Below, one piece after another: positions 25,941 through 39,783 of a DNA stretch of 64,000 nucleotides (position 1 is the first letter of the stretch; each line of letters starts with the position of its first letter). The notes beneath the pieces are model-generated. The model was given only the letters and a program-made list of their open reading frames with translations. It had not been told where the DNA came from and searched no databases. The DNA is from Vicugna vicugna (taxonomy: Eukaryota). Both the position numbers and the translations under genes were made by a program. The stretch lies in NCBI GenBank assembly GCA_013265495.1, contig MU058844.1:11120184-11184183 (forward strand). The letters are read 5' to 3'.

Positions 25941-27639
25941 ACTCAGAAGAGCAGAGTCATGCTGCGTAATTAGCATTCAGTGAGACCTAGGGGACCACCT
26001 AGACTCCCCTGCCTCGGAACAGCATCCAGATGTGGTACTGCCTGAAGTTCACTATTAGAGGCTTGTTCCTTTAGGATAAGCTTTGCTTTTTCCAGACATC
26101 ATCCACCAGTATCAACTCACTCTTACCTTTATGGGAATTAGATTACGAAAGAGGCAGCTGGTGATGGAACCAGCCGGTGATGTGTAGAACAGAGATGTGG
26201 GACAGAGAAGGACAAAATGAAGAGTTCAGTAAGATAAGATGTTTGCCTAGGGCCTTTCTGGCTTAGAGTTTCTCAGGAACAGATAAGAAGGGAGTGGCAG
26301 AGTTCAGCCCGAGAATTCAAGCTTCAATTTTAGCTGTTAATAGAGCAAAACTTCTTTCCCTTTTTATTTGTTCTGCTGCTTCGGTTTCCTAACTGTGGGG
26401 GCACACTTACTCACCTTAATTTAATATTCTGCTTGTGAGACTGGATTTTCGGCAAACCATGACTAATTACCTTCGGTCTCTAGGAAGCAGAGTAACAGTG
26501 CTCACAGCTCTATAGGTTTCAGATGCAAAATAAAAGGAAGCTCATAAAGTTTGGCTGTTTTTTTTTTTTTTCCATAGTTAACTAAGAAAGCAAATGGCTT
26601 AATTTGCCAAATAAGAAAACATGATCTACCCCTTCAATGTGTATCTGCTAAAACACAGCATGAACAAATCGTATTATCCATGTTCTGAAAATGATTCAGC
26701 TTTATCCTTTATGCCTTTCTTCACATCTTTTAGTTATTTTGGTTTTCTCTGGCACTCCTACTTGGAAAGAGCAAAGGAAAAAAAAAATCAAAATCTGAAA
26801 CTTCAACCAAGTTCTTTTAACAACTAATAACTTCAGGAAAAGGTTTTTTTTTCTTTTTATTTTTTTCTAAGAGAGTTAGGTAGAAACTGCAGATGTTGAT
26901 TTAAAATATGTAGGATCATAAAATGCTTCTTCAATATGGTATCGAATCCCATGGAAAACCAAAAGACAGATTTCCAAGTGAATAAGCAATATTTTTTCAG
27001 GTCTGGGAAATGACATCTTAAATTGTACCTTTGACTTGAAACTGTAATATATTTTCTAGTAAAATCATTGTGCACTACTCAAGAAGAGAAGATGGAGTTA
27101 AAGAATACATTTGTTGTAGTCATAAAGCAGTAGAAAATGACTGTAGCAAAGTAATTAAAAATATTCCCTAATCAGAGCCAGACTCTCCTATGGTAAATGT
27201 ACACTCCTTCACTTAATTAGCTCTCTCCACTTAACCTTTAAAGCTAATGGCTCATTGGCCTGCATCTTCTTCAGCACCTCCAGGAGGACCCCGGATACCT
27301 GGGCAACACAAGAAACAGGAAGAGGATGGCCCTTCCGCTGATGGCAAAACCTCTGAAGCCATTTACATGTAGACAGAGGTGCACAGTACCTAACAGTTTC
27401 CCAACTTCCCCACTGAGTTAGACGGAGCAAGAAAATCTGAACCTAAGTTGTTATTAAAGATTCTTGATACTAATCTTTTTTTCAGAGGGTTTATTTATTT
27501 TCAGAGGTAAACTTTTTTAGAGGTTTTAGAAGGGCAAAGTTAAAAATACAGTAATTTGAACAACAAAAAAAGTGATTTCTAACTCTTAAGATTGGTGATG
27601 CCAATATTATACAAATTAGAAGTGCACATAGAAACAACA

Positions 27640-28075
27640 TCTTCCTCTGCTTAAAATTCTGCATCAGCTCCTATACTACCTGCAGGATACGGTCCAAATG
27701 CTTGGAATGGCATTAAATGCTTTTTCTGATCTATCTGCCATCTACTTTCCCAGTCTCATTTCTTCCATTACCTTACACTGACCCTCTTCCACTACTGCTA
27801 GAGAAAACCTCTGGCTCTTCCTTGAGTAGATCGTGGACTTTTATCATCCTGCCTTTGTGCGTACCTTCTGCTCTGGAAAGTCCTGCTGGTGAAAAGAAGT
27901 GACACCTGGTTAACTAAAAGAGCACAGGCCCTGCCCTTAGACCTCCAAGGTTGAAGTCCTGGCCACGTCACCTACTAGCCATGTGACTTCAAACGAGCAA
28001 TCCATCATTTGCTTCTCAGTTCTCTTACGTATGAAATTAAGGAAGTATTTAGGCTTCTTTTAAAGGATTGTCAAT
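27640..28075 (+). mobile_element. L2 fragment followed by MIR fragment
   Basis: cctctgcttaaaattctgcatcagctcct (L2); aagagcacaggccctg...ctactagccatgtgacttc...ctcagtttctcttacgtatgaaa (MIR). Confidence 0.65.
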
Positions 28076-28539
28076 TCTTATGAAGATCTTAGAAGGGCAC
28101 TCTCCCTTCTGTGATGCTTTTTCTGGATCCCTTGTTTTTTCCATTATTTTATTCATATCTATTTTAGTATTTTTTATTCATATCTTATCAATTTGGACAT
28201 TATTGGTACTTGTGTGTTAGTAATCTTTGCATCCAAAGTGCCTAAAACAGATGTTAACAGACTTACAGTGACTCATTTTAGGCCAAATATAGCTGTAGTA
28301 ACATGTTATTTTTAAGAAAAAATACAACTATGTTGTTATGATTGTGGTATTTAACATATCAAGGATGGGTGTGCCAAAAAGCATCATTAGTTACCAAGCA
28401 TCAAGTTATTTGGGATTACCTCAGAGTGATGGGGTTATGAGTGATTTTTTTTTGGTTTTCTACAGTATGCAAATTATTTGTAATACTGTTAATACGAAAA
28501 TGGTACAAATATATTTAAAACTTATTAGAATTTCTTCAT

Positions 28540-28700
28540 GTTAAGAATAGTTAACATGAGATCTAATCTTTTAAACTCTTAAGTGTACAATATATTATTG
28601 TCAATACTATACAGCATATTTCTAGGGCTTTCTGTCTTATTCATCTCTTCTTATTCAACTTTCTTAAATGAAATTGTATGCCTATGGATTAGTCATTAGT
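28540..28700 (-). mobile_element. L1MA/MB-type 3' end fragment
   Basis: ttaagaatagttaacatgagatcta...ttaagtgtacaatatattattgtcaa. Confidence 0.7.
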
Positions 28701-29250
28701 AATTCTTCATAATATCACCTCTCCAGGTTTTGTTCCAGTATCTCTCGTCTATTCCTTGGTCTCGTTATCGGTTCTTCCTTCTGAACTCTACTATTCAATG
28801 TCTGAAAACATCAGGATCCTCCCCTGCCCTCTCCTCTCATTCTGTACCTTTTTATCTATGAAATGTCATGTACTTCGTCTTCCTTGAGTTCACTTATATC
28901 TGACTGCTGCATTTCTAGAGCTCTCACATTGCTTCTGATTTCAAGATTCTCAAATCCAACCATCTGTTTGACATTTGGATAGCTCACAGTCATCTCAGAT
29001 TTAATATGTACAGAACTGCTACTGACTCTATAAATGACACCATCTTCTACCCAATTCAAGCAAAAAACCTGGCAGACTCTTCCCTCTTTTCCACTTACAC
29101 CTACTTAATCACCTAGCAGTGATGATTCGACCTTGTTAATGCCTCTCAAGTACATCCACCTCATTCTATCTTCACTGCTAATAATATTTTATAAGTCAAA
29201 CATTTCTATTGTATTACTATAAAAGCCTACTAACTGACCTCCAGAATTTT
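28700..29250 (+). mobile_element. L2 fragment
   Basis: acctctccaggttt...catctcagatttaatatgt...aaatgacaccatcttctacccaatt...aaagcctactaactgacctcc. Confidence 0.7.
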
Positions 29251-32200
29251 TCATTTTAACTTGTTTCTTCTTGGGTATCATCAAACTCGCATGACTTCCA
29301 TCCAACATGAAGCCCTACATTGTGCTAAATGTGGTGCCCAACACTAGATACTACAGTGAATTCAATCATGAGTTTGGGATCTGCTACAGATCAATTTGTA
29401 GCCTTGCTAAGGATGGTGGAGAACAGGAAGAAAAATGAAGATAAACAACTGGTTTGACAAATAACAATTTCACATCTAGTTCAAGTCTCACATGGTTTTT
29501 GAGCAGAACAGCCAGTTGGCCTACAGGAAATGTTAATTCTATCTAAAGGTCAAAAGCCAAATTCCTTCTCTTCTCCCCTAGATATACTAGGACCAGAATA
29601 TGTATTAGCTTCTAAATCTCTGTAACAACTGTTAAAAAATTATCTAACCTTTTAAAGGTAAGGAATCAATGCATGTAAAGCGGACGAATGAAAAATTAAC
29701 TTATGTCTCATCTGACAGGAGCTACAATTGTCTTCATTCAGAGCAAGAGCCTACAAGTTTTGTGTGGGTGGCATGTGTGGTGAGATGTGTAGTTCACAGG
29801 TAGAACTGGATTCTTCTGTATATTATGGGTCACTTGTGTTAATAAATTATGTAGAGGCTGGGTGTTGACAATTCAGGTGGTGGTATAGCATAATAGTTAA
29901 ATTTGAAAGCTGTTCAGAACATGGAGGTTACTTGATCCAACACTCCAGTTGGAAAGACAAGAAATTCAGGTTGAAAGATTAGATGATATACTTGCCCAAG
30001 ACCACACAGTAAGCTTTGGTGATGGCTGGGACCTGGATTTGACTCTTCTAACTCCCAGTACAGTGCTCATTCAAAACGCTTCTCCAGGTTCCCTTTCAGG
30101 ATTCTCTGCCTTTGAAAAGGACTATCCATACATTTCTTTTAAATCGCAGCATGTGAGCTTCAAATATATTTAAATATTATAAAGTCCAACCTGAAGTGGC
30201 TTCTTTAAATTTATCTTGGAATTTCAAGCGTTTATGTATGCGGAGGATAAGAACTGACAAACTCTTACCAGGGTGTCAGGAACAGATTAATGATATTAAT
30301 GAAATTAAAAAGAGTCAGGAAGTGATTCTGAATGACAAGAATCTGGCTGGGGCTGCCTGTCTAACTAAATCAGGCCCAGGCTTAAGGCAAACAAACAAAA
30401 GGCCAGGCCCAGAAACAGAGTGCTAAGTGGGTTAGAGATTCTGACAGAAAATGCAGTGCTCTGGCTGGCTGGCTGCCGGAACAGAGAGAAGCACCGGGGC
30501 ACAGAGAAAGGCTCCTCAGAGTGTCTGGATAACTCAGTGGGTTCTGTATCTCTGACATGTTAAAGGAATCTTGTCCCTTTTGTGCCAAATGGAGTATTTT
30601 CAGGGCTGGTACATCCTAATTCTGGTAAACAAGCCCAGAGAACACACCTCTTGATAGTCATCATTACATTGCTAACGTTTCTAGAGAGCGCGAGAGTCTG
30701 ATTAGAAGGTCCTCATCCAACCTCTTCTCGTCGGCCACTGCATCAGAGGGCCTCTCTTTCACGGGTCTGAAACCAGAACTCAGCCTAATTTGAGGGTCCT
30801 TCACCCTATTTCTCTCCATCTCCCTCCCCAAACGGGGAACAGAGTAGACTAGAGACCTAAAGATGGTGAAAGCAGAAAGCAAAAGAACCTAGCAAGCTCG
30901 TCTTCACGGCTTCACTGCTTTGTCTACCAGATGTTGCAACTGTCTCATGTTCCAGGAGTCTACAGTGTGCCTACTTTACATGGGTAATTTACATGTCCTG
31001 GGGCTAGGACTATACAGCTTTGTGTGTAGAGGTGATTAGTCATGTTTGACAAGCTTGATGAGGAGATAATGGAGTCTGTTATTGGGCACCAGACGTTAAA
31101 AGCTTAAAAACCTTGGGATTGATAGCTTTCTCAATGGGGATAGGCGTGACAAATTGGTTATGTGGTATTAGCTGCAGTAACCCTTTTCAGAGGATCATAT
31201 AGACAGACTTGATCTTAGATGCTAGGATTTTCATGAATCTAAAGTAATGGCCATTTGTCCCTCATATGACTTACACCTGAGTCAATATGGTTTAGCTAGA
31301 AGCCATGTCGGGTGGCCACTTCGGTAGAGCTTCCCCACTACTGGGAGAAGCACGGAAGTCACTAGAACCCTGAGGAGGGGCAGCTGGCCCAGATTGTGAG
31401 GTCAGGGAAGCCTTCCACAAAGAGGTGGCACAGGAGCTGTCTAGGTTTGTGGAAAAACACAGTCAAATAAATGAATTTTTAGTCTGTATACTGACAGTGG
31501 GGAGGATCACAGTTCAATTTTTGGTATGCCAAATAATGTAATTTCTTTGCTAAAGAGGATCTGGCTTATTCTTTTGATGTTATCAGGACTGAGAAATGAG
31601 CTTGGCTAAAACAAAATGTGAATTAGGAACTTGATCTATAATAATTTAAAGAGATAGTGCAAATGGAAACTACTGCAGCCAAATGGCCAGGGTCCCATAG
31701 CACTTTGAAATTAGCTACCCTTACCAAGTCTCTCTCCAGTACGGAGTGGGTAGTTAATAGTTGTAAAGTATCAAAATCAGATGTAAATGCATAGTGTTTC
31801 GTGGAATATAGATCCTTAAAATGAGTAATGGTGTGGCAGTCCTTCAATTCAGCACTATTTTGCTATAAAACCTGGAATTCTGCCCTCTATTTAGCATACA
31901 GTGGCCAAAGAAGACTTGGAGCAGACTGCTAAACAAAAAATTATCTATAGTCATTCAAACATGAAAGCATATCAAAGTCTTTGAATTTGCTGGGAGCTAG
32001 TCTGGAAGAACACAGGTCTTCTCAGTATCTACGTTAAATACCTACATTGTGACAATGACAATGATCAAGATGATGATGATTCTAAGGATGAGGTATTCCT
32101 ATCATAATTTAAGAGCTCAGAACTTTAATTTTCTGTGTAAGAAAGTAACAGAGCTAGTTTAAAGTGAAATGTTTAGGGCTACATACTCAGCTAGTGTTTA

Positions 32201-33089
32201 AGGAGCTGCTTTGTATATCACAGACATTTAGGATTGTGCATTTATGGAGCAGGTCACGGAAGGTATTATATCCAGAGTGCTGATTGCAGATAATTGCATT
32301 AATCACTCTTACTTTCACAAATGTAATTCCCTGCCACACTCATTGAAATAAAAGGTCAGATATTTTCCACTATAAAAATCATCCATGCAAGAGATTTGTG
32401 AGGGGAAAAAAACCCAATTAAAGAAATAAAGACAAAAGCAATAAATTTTCCTTCACATAAAAATAGCCACAATTAATACTTGGTGTGTATCCTGGTTTTC
32501 TACACATTACGCTTTGTTTTTGATTAATGTTATGTTAAGGGTTATGTTCACACTGTATGAAGAATTTAGTATACTTTTTAAAATTTGTTGTAACATAAGC
32601 ATTATAGTATTCTGAATGAATATAAACATCAATTTTTAGAGTTGGGTGAAATTACATCAAGAGGATGCTTATCCATTTGGTATTACTAAATATTTATGTT
32701 GCCTCCTATCTCTCACTTGTATAAATAAAGCTAGAAAAACATCATGTACTTAATGCCTTTTCTAGACTTACTTGTTTTGGCTTAGGAGAACTTCCTAAAA
32801 ATAGTCCAGTCAAAAGACATGCCTTCCAAAATGTTTTCATTTAAATTCTAATCAGTAAACTAATAGATGGCAAGTTTTCTCATAACATACAGGAAAGCTA
32901 TTAAATTGTGTTTATGCCACTTTTTCCTATGGAATATTTTAAGCATATTACATATTACCTGAAAAATACAAAACTCTTGCCTTTTAATTTCTAGGAGTTA
33001 TACTTACTATTTACTTATTATTTCTATTTTCAGTTGCGACCATCCTACTGACCAGAAATTCCAAATTATTGTTTGATAAGGTACAGGCA

Positions 33090-33320
33090 AGTGCAGTACA
33101 AAAGAGTACACGTTTTGGCCTAAGGAAATCTGAGTTTAAAACGTGAGTGTGATAATGCCACAGTAGAAGCTTGGCCAAATTGCAGAACGCCCTCAGTTTC
33201 AGGTTTTTGGTTTTTTGGGGTTTTTTTTTTTGACAAAATAAAGGTAATATTAGCCATATTAAAAGGTAAGTGTGAGGATTAATATAAATATAAGAGGCTG
33301 GCATGTAGTAGATGGTCAAC
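33090..33320 (+). mobile_element. MIR SINE
   Basis: aaatctgagtttaaa...cctcagtttc...gtgaggattaat...ggcatgtagtagatggtcaacaagtg. Confidence 0.65.
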
Positions 33321-33544
33321 AAGTGATTATTATTCTGGTTGTTTTTTGCTGGTATTATTATTTGCAGTAAAGAAGCATTTACTGAAAGGCTAGCAACTTT
33401 CCCGTTTTTAGTTCAGATAGATTTTATTCAGCAAAATTCAACTGAAGTAAAACTTGGCATACTTTACTAAAAGGCACTACTGTTAATAATATTTTTATTG
33501 AGATCAAATATGGCGAGGACGACCAGGTCCTGACGACAATGTAG

Positions 33545-34260
33545 TTGTTTCTGAGCAGCGGCTGCCCAGCCAGGAACTATGTTTCTGTCTTCCCTTCTAC
33601 ACATGTCCCTTCCATCTGTGATACGTTCAGGCCTGACGCTTTGAAACATTCTGTGTATCCTCCACACGCACTCTCTTACCACTCTGGATGTCTGTGTTTG
33701 AAAGTTGGTTTCTCAAATCAAACTAGAAACCCCATGAGGATAGCAATGCCTTTGTCAGCCTGGGTCCCTGAATGACTGTGTCAATTAGAACTCTCTCCTT
33801 CTCTGCTGTCACTTGGCTTTTATTTGAGTGAGATGCTGTGTTACTGTGTTAATCCTAAGACTCCAGGATTTATCTGTCACATTTCTGGTGTTTATATATA
33901 CTGATAAACCAACTGGTATCAGAAGGGATGTGATGTCATTAAAAAAAAAACAACAGAAAATAACTGGCACTGGCTTAGTAGTTGGGCTGTGGGCTATGAG
34001 GAAACTGATACTGGTGTCTAGGAAGCTGCTGATCCGTGTCATGCAGTGACCAAATACTGAGTTATAATTGTCACACATAATAATTTAGAAGGCGGACAAC
34101 CAATCCCTTGCCTGTAGCTCATAAGAAAGAGGACAAGTATAGACTGAAATTCGCTCCAGACTGAATTTAGTAAGCACTGGATGAAAGAGATAGATCAAGA
34201 CTTGGTCAGTTTGCAAATTTCTTAAGTTTCACGTGTTGCAGATGGCTACTGCACTTAGCC
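33545..34260 (+). mobile_element. Old MaLR (MLT1J/K-like) LTR plus start of internal sequence
   Basis: LTR-like cagcctgggtccctgaatgactgtg...actgata, then internal-like aactggtatcagaagggatgtgatgtc...tggcactggcttag...gatccgtgtcatgcagtg. Confidence 0.6.
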
Positions 34261-34884
34261 AGAAATCCGGCAGAAACGAATTTGCCATCCTCTACACATG
34301 GTTTCTACTTTCCCTGGACTCTGAAAAGTTGCTGAGAAGGGAAGATAGAGGTAGACTGCTTGTCTGAGTTTTGTCTGTGTTTGCTTTTGTTTTTCAGGGA
34401 AGAGGCCCGGTAGTGGGATAAGTCCGTTCTACCAGCACTGCTCCCAACTCAGTCAGGTACCTCTTCCCTTCATTCTACAGGGCTGTAAAATTAAACTCTT
34501 GCCTAGACAGTTGCTTCCCAGCAGAACTTCCACTGAAAGGAAAGAGAGTCAACATTTTCGCTTGCCAGATAGCCAAGTCCACCAGAGCTAGCAGCTTAAG
34601 GCTTTGTTATTTCAGTATTCATCTGTTGCAAAGACACTGCTTACCTGAAGCCATACGCAGAGTCTACTGGAATCGTCATCATCAAGCCAGTAACAGAGGG
34701 GGATAACTGCAAACACAACTCTGCCCTAGCGCATCAGCACCAGTGTTGAATGGGACAGGCCCATGCTCCAGTGTCGATGGGGACTTGTTTCCCTGTTGTC
34801 AAAGCAGCTCTGGTACCTGATTCCCGAGTCTCCATTCTTTCTCTGTGGCCGCGATGCCTGGTCTCCTCACTGGCTTTGATGGAG

Positions 34885-34903
34885 ATTCTCCCCCTGGCGG
34901 TGC
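34885..34903 (-). promoter_or_regulatory. CTCF-like motif
   Basis: Minus strand GCACCGCCAGGGGGAGAAT versus consensus core CC(A/G)C(C/T)AG(A/G)(G/T)GGC. Confidence 0.5.
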
Positions 34904-37900
34904 TGGCTTTCCCCACCCGCAGGAATCGCACAGCCTGTTTATGCTGGGCTTCTACTGCTTTCCTATTTGAGAAGCCCCGTACAGATGGACTCTGCATGCG
35001 ATTCCCCTGTCGTCTTACGCTCAGGTTTGTTCAGGATTTTGTCGTTAGACTTGATGAAGTCAAAGCACAAAAGATCTAAGGTTAGGATGTATAAAGGAAA
35101 CCAGATTTTTAAAGTTTGAATTTTTCATGGACTCAAGAATCCTCCTTTGACTTTTTCAAAGAAATGCCCTTCTACTGGAGGAAAAAAAAAACCCTCCATT
35201 AGGTGCTGGTGCTTTGACAGATTTAATAGTAACAGGCCCACAGACAGGAGACAGACGCTCTTGTCCTAGCAATATGCAGCTGGTGTGCCTGAACTGACAT
35301 CTTCCTTCTTTGCTACCCTTGGTTTCATTAACCTTCAGAATTCCTTTTATTCCCCTGTCTTCACCTAATCTTATTATTCCCTTAAAAGTCTGGCATGAGC
35401 AACAGAACATGAGCAACTCAGTAATTGTGTTAACCAATTAGGTTACCCTTTAATGGAGGCTTCGTTATCCCAAGTCTTAGCTACGTGTGGAGGTAACATT
35501 GGAAGATCACATCTTAGCTAATGTGATACAATGTCCCAGTGTATTTTTTTCCCTCATGTTTAGATAAATTTTGTCCCATCTGCATGAAGCGTACTACCCT
35601 ACTTCTTAACGAGGCTGCACACTTGAGCATCCCTAAAAAAAAAGCTCATGGAGAAAATGAAATAGAAACCTCCATGTTTTGATCTCTCCTTCACAATATT
35701 ATATAGCTACCAAGGCTTAAAAATAAAACTTCATCTAGTTAGTATCTTACATTTACAGATATACATTTACCATAGATACATAGGAATATGGTAGAGAATT
35801 AGGAAGTAACAAATCAGAAAGTACAGAAGGACCTCAGAGTAACCCAACGCTATGTCATAGTCTGTTCCTAATCCTTGCTTTAAGTACATTGTCCAGCTAT
35901 TCTGAAAATGTCTCTTTTCCCTGACTTTTATTTGGATTTACCTCAACAAGAGCTAATAGTGTATCATAAAGTGGAATTAGTGTAAATCAAACTAACAGGC
36001 TTGATCGTTGGGCAGAAACTTTACATATGCAAGAAGAAACTGCTCTGTGGACGTCTGTCTGTTTCTGTGGATGTCTCTGTCTATCACCATTTGGCAGCAG
36101 CTTACAAGGGATTTTGGTCCACAATGTTTGTTTTGTTTTTTTAAGAGTCATAATATTCCCAATTTAAAGTCTGTATCTCATTGAGAGTTGTCAAGAAACA
36201 TCTTTAAATATGAAAATCTTAAGGAACTTCCCTCCCTTTTGTAATAATAGAAATAAGTATTAGAATAGCTAGGGATGTTTTTAATGATTTTTTAAAATTT
36301 TTCCCTTTCATTATTATTTCATTTAGTTTTATTAATTTTTTTAATTCTTTTTTTTTTCTCTTCTCTCTACTTGCTTTACCCTTCATTTCATACTCATAGC
36401 ACTTGTCAATGTAGCAATGGCTACTATTTGCATTTTCCATTCAATAAAAATGTTCCTTTTGTGACAGACATGCATACCTCTGGGATACATTACCATAACC
36501 AGTAAGTACTCGGCTTTTTCAGCTCAGAAGTACATTCCAATTCTTAAGACGTGTCATTTATCAGAAAGTCATCTAGACCACCTCAGTCTGCCTTTTTCCT
36601 TGACAAAAAGGTGCGGGGGGGTTAAAACTAAGTGCTTTGCATAACTCAAGGCTGTTAAGATTACATAAAATAACGTATTAAAATATTCTATAATTATTAT
36701 TTTTATTTACTGCAATCAGAGCACGAGAGTCCCAATTTGGGGAACAAACTTACATATATCGCTGGAATAAGTCACCTGCTCCTGTCGTATGATTTCTGAG
36801 ATGCTCAGCAGGGACCAAGGTCCTGAAATATACTTGTCCCTCCTGCTCGCTGGTGCCTCAAGGTAATTCCCTCGAGTGCCATTATTTTGACTTAAGGTTT
36901 CTTGGTCTCTGTTAACATGCAAACAGCCCTGGGAGCTCAGACCTACTTATGTCAAACCTGTGTAGGCATGATGTTTCAGTAGCTTTCTTATGCCTGGGTT
37001 TTATTATTCAGGAATTAAGACCTTGAAGGGACTGGGAAGGTTAGAGCAGGGTTAAGTCACCTGTATTTCAACAAGGTTATTTGCTTCTGAAGTTGAGGAT
37101 CCTGTTTCCTAGTGACTTGTCTGTTTGGTTTTTTTTTTTTTTTTAAATATCCCGGACTAGTCATCGTACCCTCTGGCCACTAAATAGTTTAATTCAATGC
37201 CAGAGAGAAGTCTAGTAGGAAGCCAAGGCGTTTTACCATTTCTTTAAACTGAAAAGCCAGCATTACCTTCAGCTGCTAAACTGTGACAGGCGTTTCTAGC
37301 GGCATATGGCTGTTTGGAAGGCTTCCCTGTTTGGGAAACTGGCTGTTCTGAAGTCACCCCTGGTTAGTCACATGGCTGACTTGCTGACAGGCTGTCTGAA
37401 GCTTCCAGCCCTTTTGCAATCATCAAAACACATTTGATGCACACTGAATCTTTGGTGTCACTACAGGCAAAGGAGTTACTTTCTTTATCAAAATTGCCTA
37501 TAATTTTAGTGTGAGACTTAGAATACCATGCTTTTTCAATATCAGAGCCCTCCTCTCCAATTCCCATTAAGCATCAGATACCCAAACATCCTTGCCTTGG
37601 ACGGAGGTAACGAAGTCAGATTTCCCAACTCAGCCAGTGGTAATTGGGCTGAAAACTACGTCTCTCCTGAATCATTCCCATAGAAGGGCCTAAATAAACC
37701 TTTCTACTTCAGCCCAACTCACTTAAAGAGAAGAGCTTTTCACAGCTGTGTGGTTCACGAGGCTCCGGGGACTCAACTGCACAATGTGTTCAGTTTCTCT
37801 GGGCGAAATCAGTCTGAGAGAGAGAAAATTCTGAGACAGAAAATTCTGAAAGTGTAATGTTGATGACAGTCAAAATCTTAATGATGCAGGGTGCTTCTCA

Positions 37901-39764
37901 GAGGGTAATTTGTATGCAGGTCAATAGCCTTAACTCTGTAAACAAATGAAATCCATTCTCACGGCACCAAATGTTTATTTCATAATTTGTTTTATGGCTA
38001 AATGTTGGTCTAAAGGATTACATCACTGAGTGGGGTAAAGGTTAACAGCAGTACACATAAGACAGTGTGGCAGATTTTATCATTACAAATTGCAAATACA
38101 GGTCAGGTTTTGGATTTTTTTTTTCCTTTTCCTTTTTTTTTTTCTTTTTAAAAAGTAAACTCCACTTTCTCGTATGCATATTTCCCCCCACAGAAGTTTG
38201 TAGAGGCTGAAAATGAGTATAGGTCATAAAATCTGACTTTGTAAATTTTAGGCTAGTGAGTATTTATAAATGAAAGGTTCTAGCAAAAAGGGTCACTTTG
38301 AAAAATTGGAAGGAATGAATCTTTTTCTGCTTTTGTCACGTAAGTTAGTAATTGTGGATGAGTTTCGTAACTTCACCAGACCTCTGTCTATTCATCTGTT
38401 CGTCAGGTCTTGAAACTATTAACTCAGATTTCTTGGAAGACTAAAGTAAGATTAAAGCAGTAAAGATACTTTAAGTTTTTAAATGGGATGTCTAGATGTC
38501 CATTTGGTATATTATACATCATTAGCCAATCACTTTTCCTGAGTATTTAGTCAGAGATATAATCAGGTTTAGGACTAGTCATGTCTCTCAGATCAGATCT
38601 CATCTGGATCTAGTTTGTGCTTAAACAACACCAAAGGATCTGCAATCAGAAAACCTGAGCTCTAGTTTCCAACAGATCAATTTCCATCTCTGAGTCTTTA
38701 TTTGAGCCTCAGTTTCCATCTCAATCAAAGTATCGTAACAGTAGCACCTGTCTCACTGGGGTACTATACGGCTTGAATGTGTTTTTGAATTGGTGTCTAA
38801 GCATACATACATTCACCATATTGTGTAACTGATGAAGAGTTATGCTAAATCATAATAATTCCAACAACACTTAAACTTTAAAAGCACCTACTCTTCAATG
38901 TATTTCATGATATCATGGTGAGAGAATAATGGGTATAAATCAACAGCAGCAGATGAAAAAAATTAGCCTCCAGCCAACCATATAGTATATTTCACTGTCT
39001 GGCAATACTTTTAGTTTTTATTATATTTTCAGCCTCTGGGTTTGAAAATCAGAGCTAGTTTGCACAAATGTTCCCCAAGTACCCTGATCCTGTACCGGCT
39101 TTATTTTTAAAATCCCATTCTGTAAACGACAGAAACAGAAGACCCACTTGAAGTTGATCATCATTTTCAAGAGGATTATTTTCATTTGAAGCACATTGCT
39201 TAAATATTACCTCTCTGATTACTAGACAGATTGTAGATAAAAATCTTTAATCCTACTATGGACAAATAAATAGAAGAAAATATTTTCTCTAAGTTTTCTG
39301 ATTAACGGTCAGTTTTCAGTGACCCACATGCATGTGTAACCATCCACAGCTGTAAGAATTCTAGTTGTGTTTCTATGAAGTTTAATGCTGGGTTTTAATG
39401 AAAACACTCTCTTTAAAGCCGTATTAAGAAAGTGGCAAAGTAGATATGAGACTCCTGTCAATGACAATAAATAACAAGGAAAAATAGCCTTTTAAGTTAA
39501 TTTTGTTCCCCCAGTTTTCTTTCCTCTCTCTACTCCTAGCCAGTGAGCGAGGCGCAGTATTTCCTCGCCTCGATGACTTTTGCAAAGCTGAAAGCGGCAC
39601 TGTTTTAGAAGACAAAGACTCTTCCTACCTGATAAAAGCCTGTACTCAGCCTAAGAAGGAAGGGAGTGAGGGGAGCTTTGGGCTCATGAAAAAGAAATCT
39701 CCCCATCCTGCAAGTTGCAGTAGAGAGAGTCACTCCTGCTCTGGCACTGCCCCGGGGCTCCCAG

Positions 39765-39783
39765 GATTCAGCAGGGGGCAACC
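39765..39783 (+). promoter_or_regulatory. CTCF-like motif
   Basis: TCAGCAGGGGGCA, one mismatch from CCAGCAGGGGGCA. Confidence 0.45.

Noticed and set aside
27247..27372. Small plus ORF MAHWPASSSAPPGGPRIPGQHKKQEEDGPSADGKTSEAIYM
   Set aside because: 41 codons with no recognised homology and no convincing gene context.
39573..39600. ATGA...AAA hairpin resembling a SECIS element
   Set aside because: The stem is too short, there is no 3' GA quartet partner, and there is no selenoprotein 3'UTR context.
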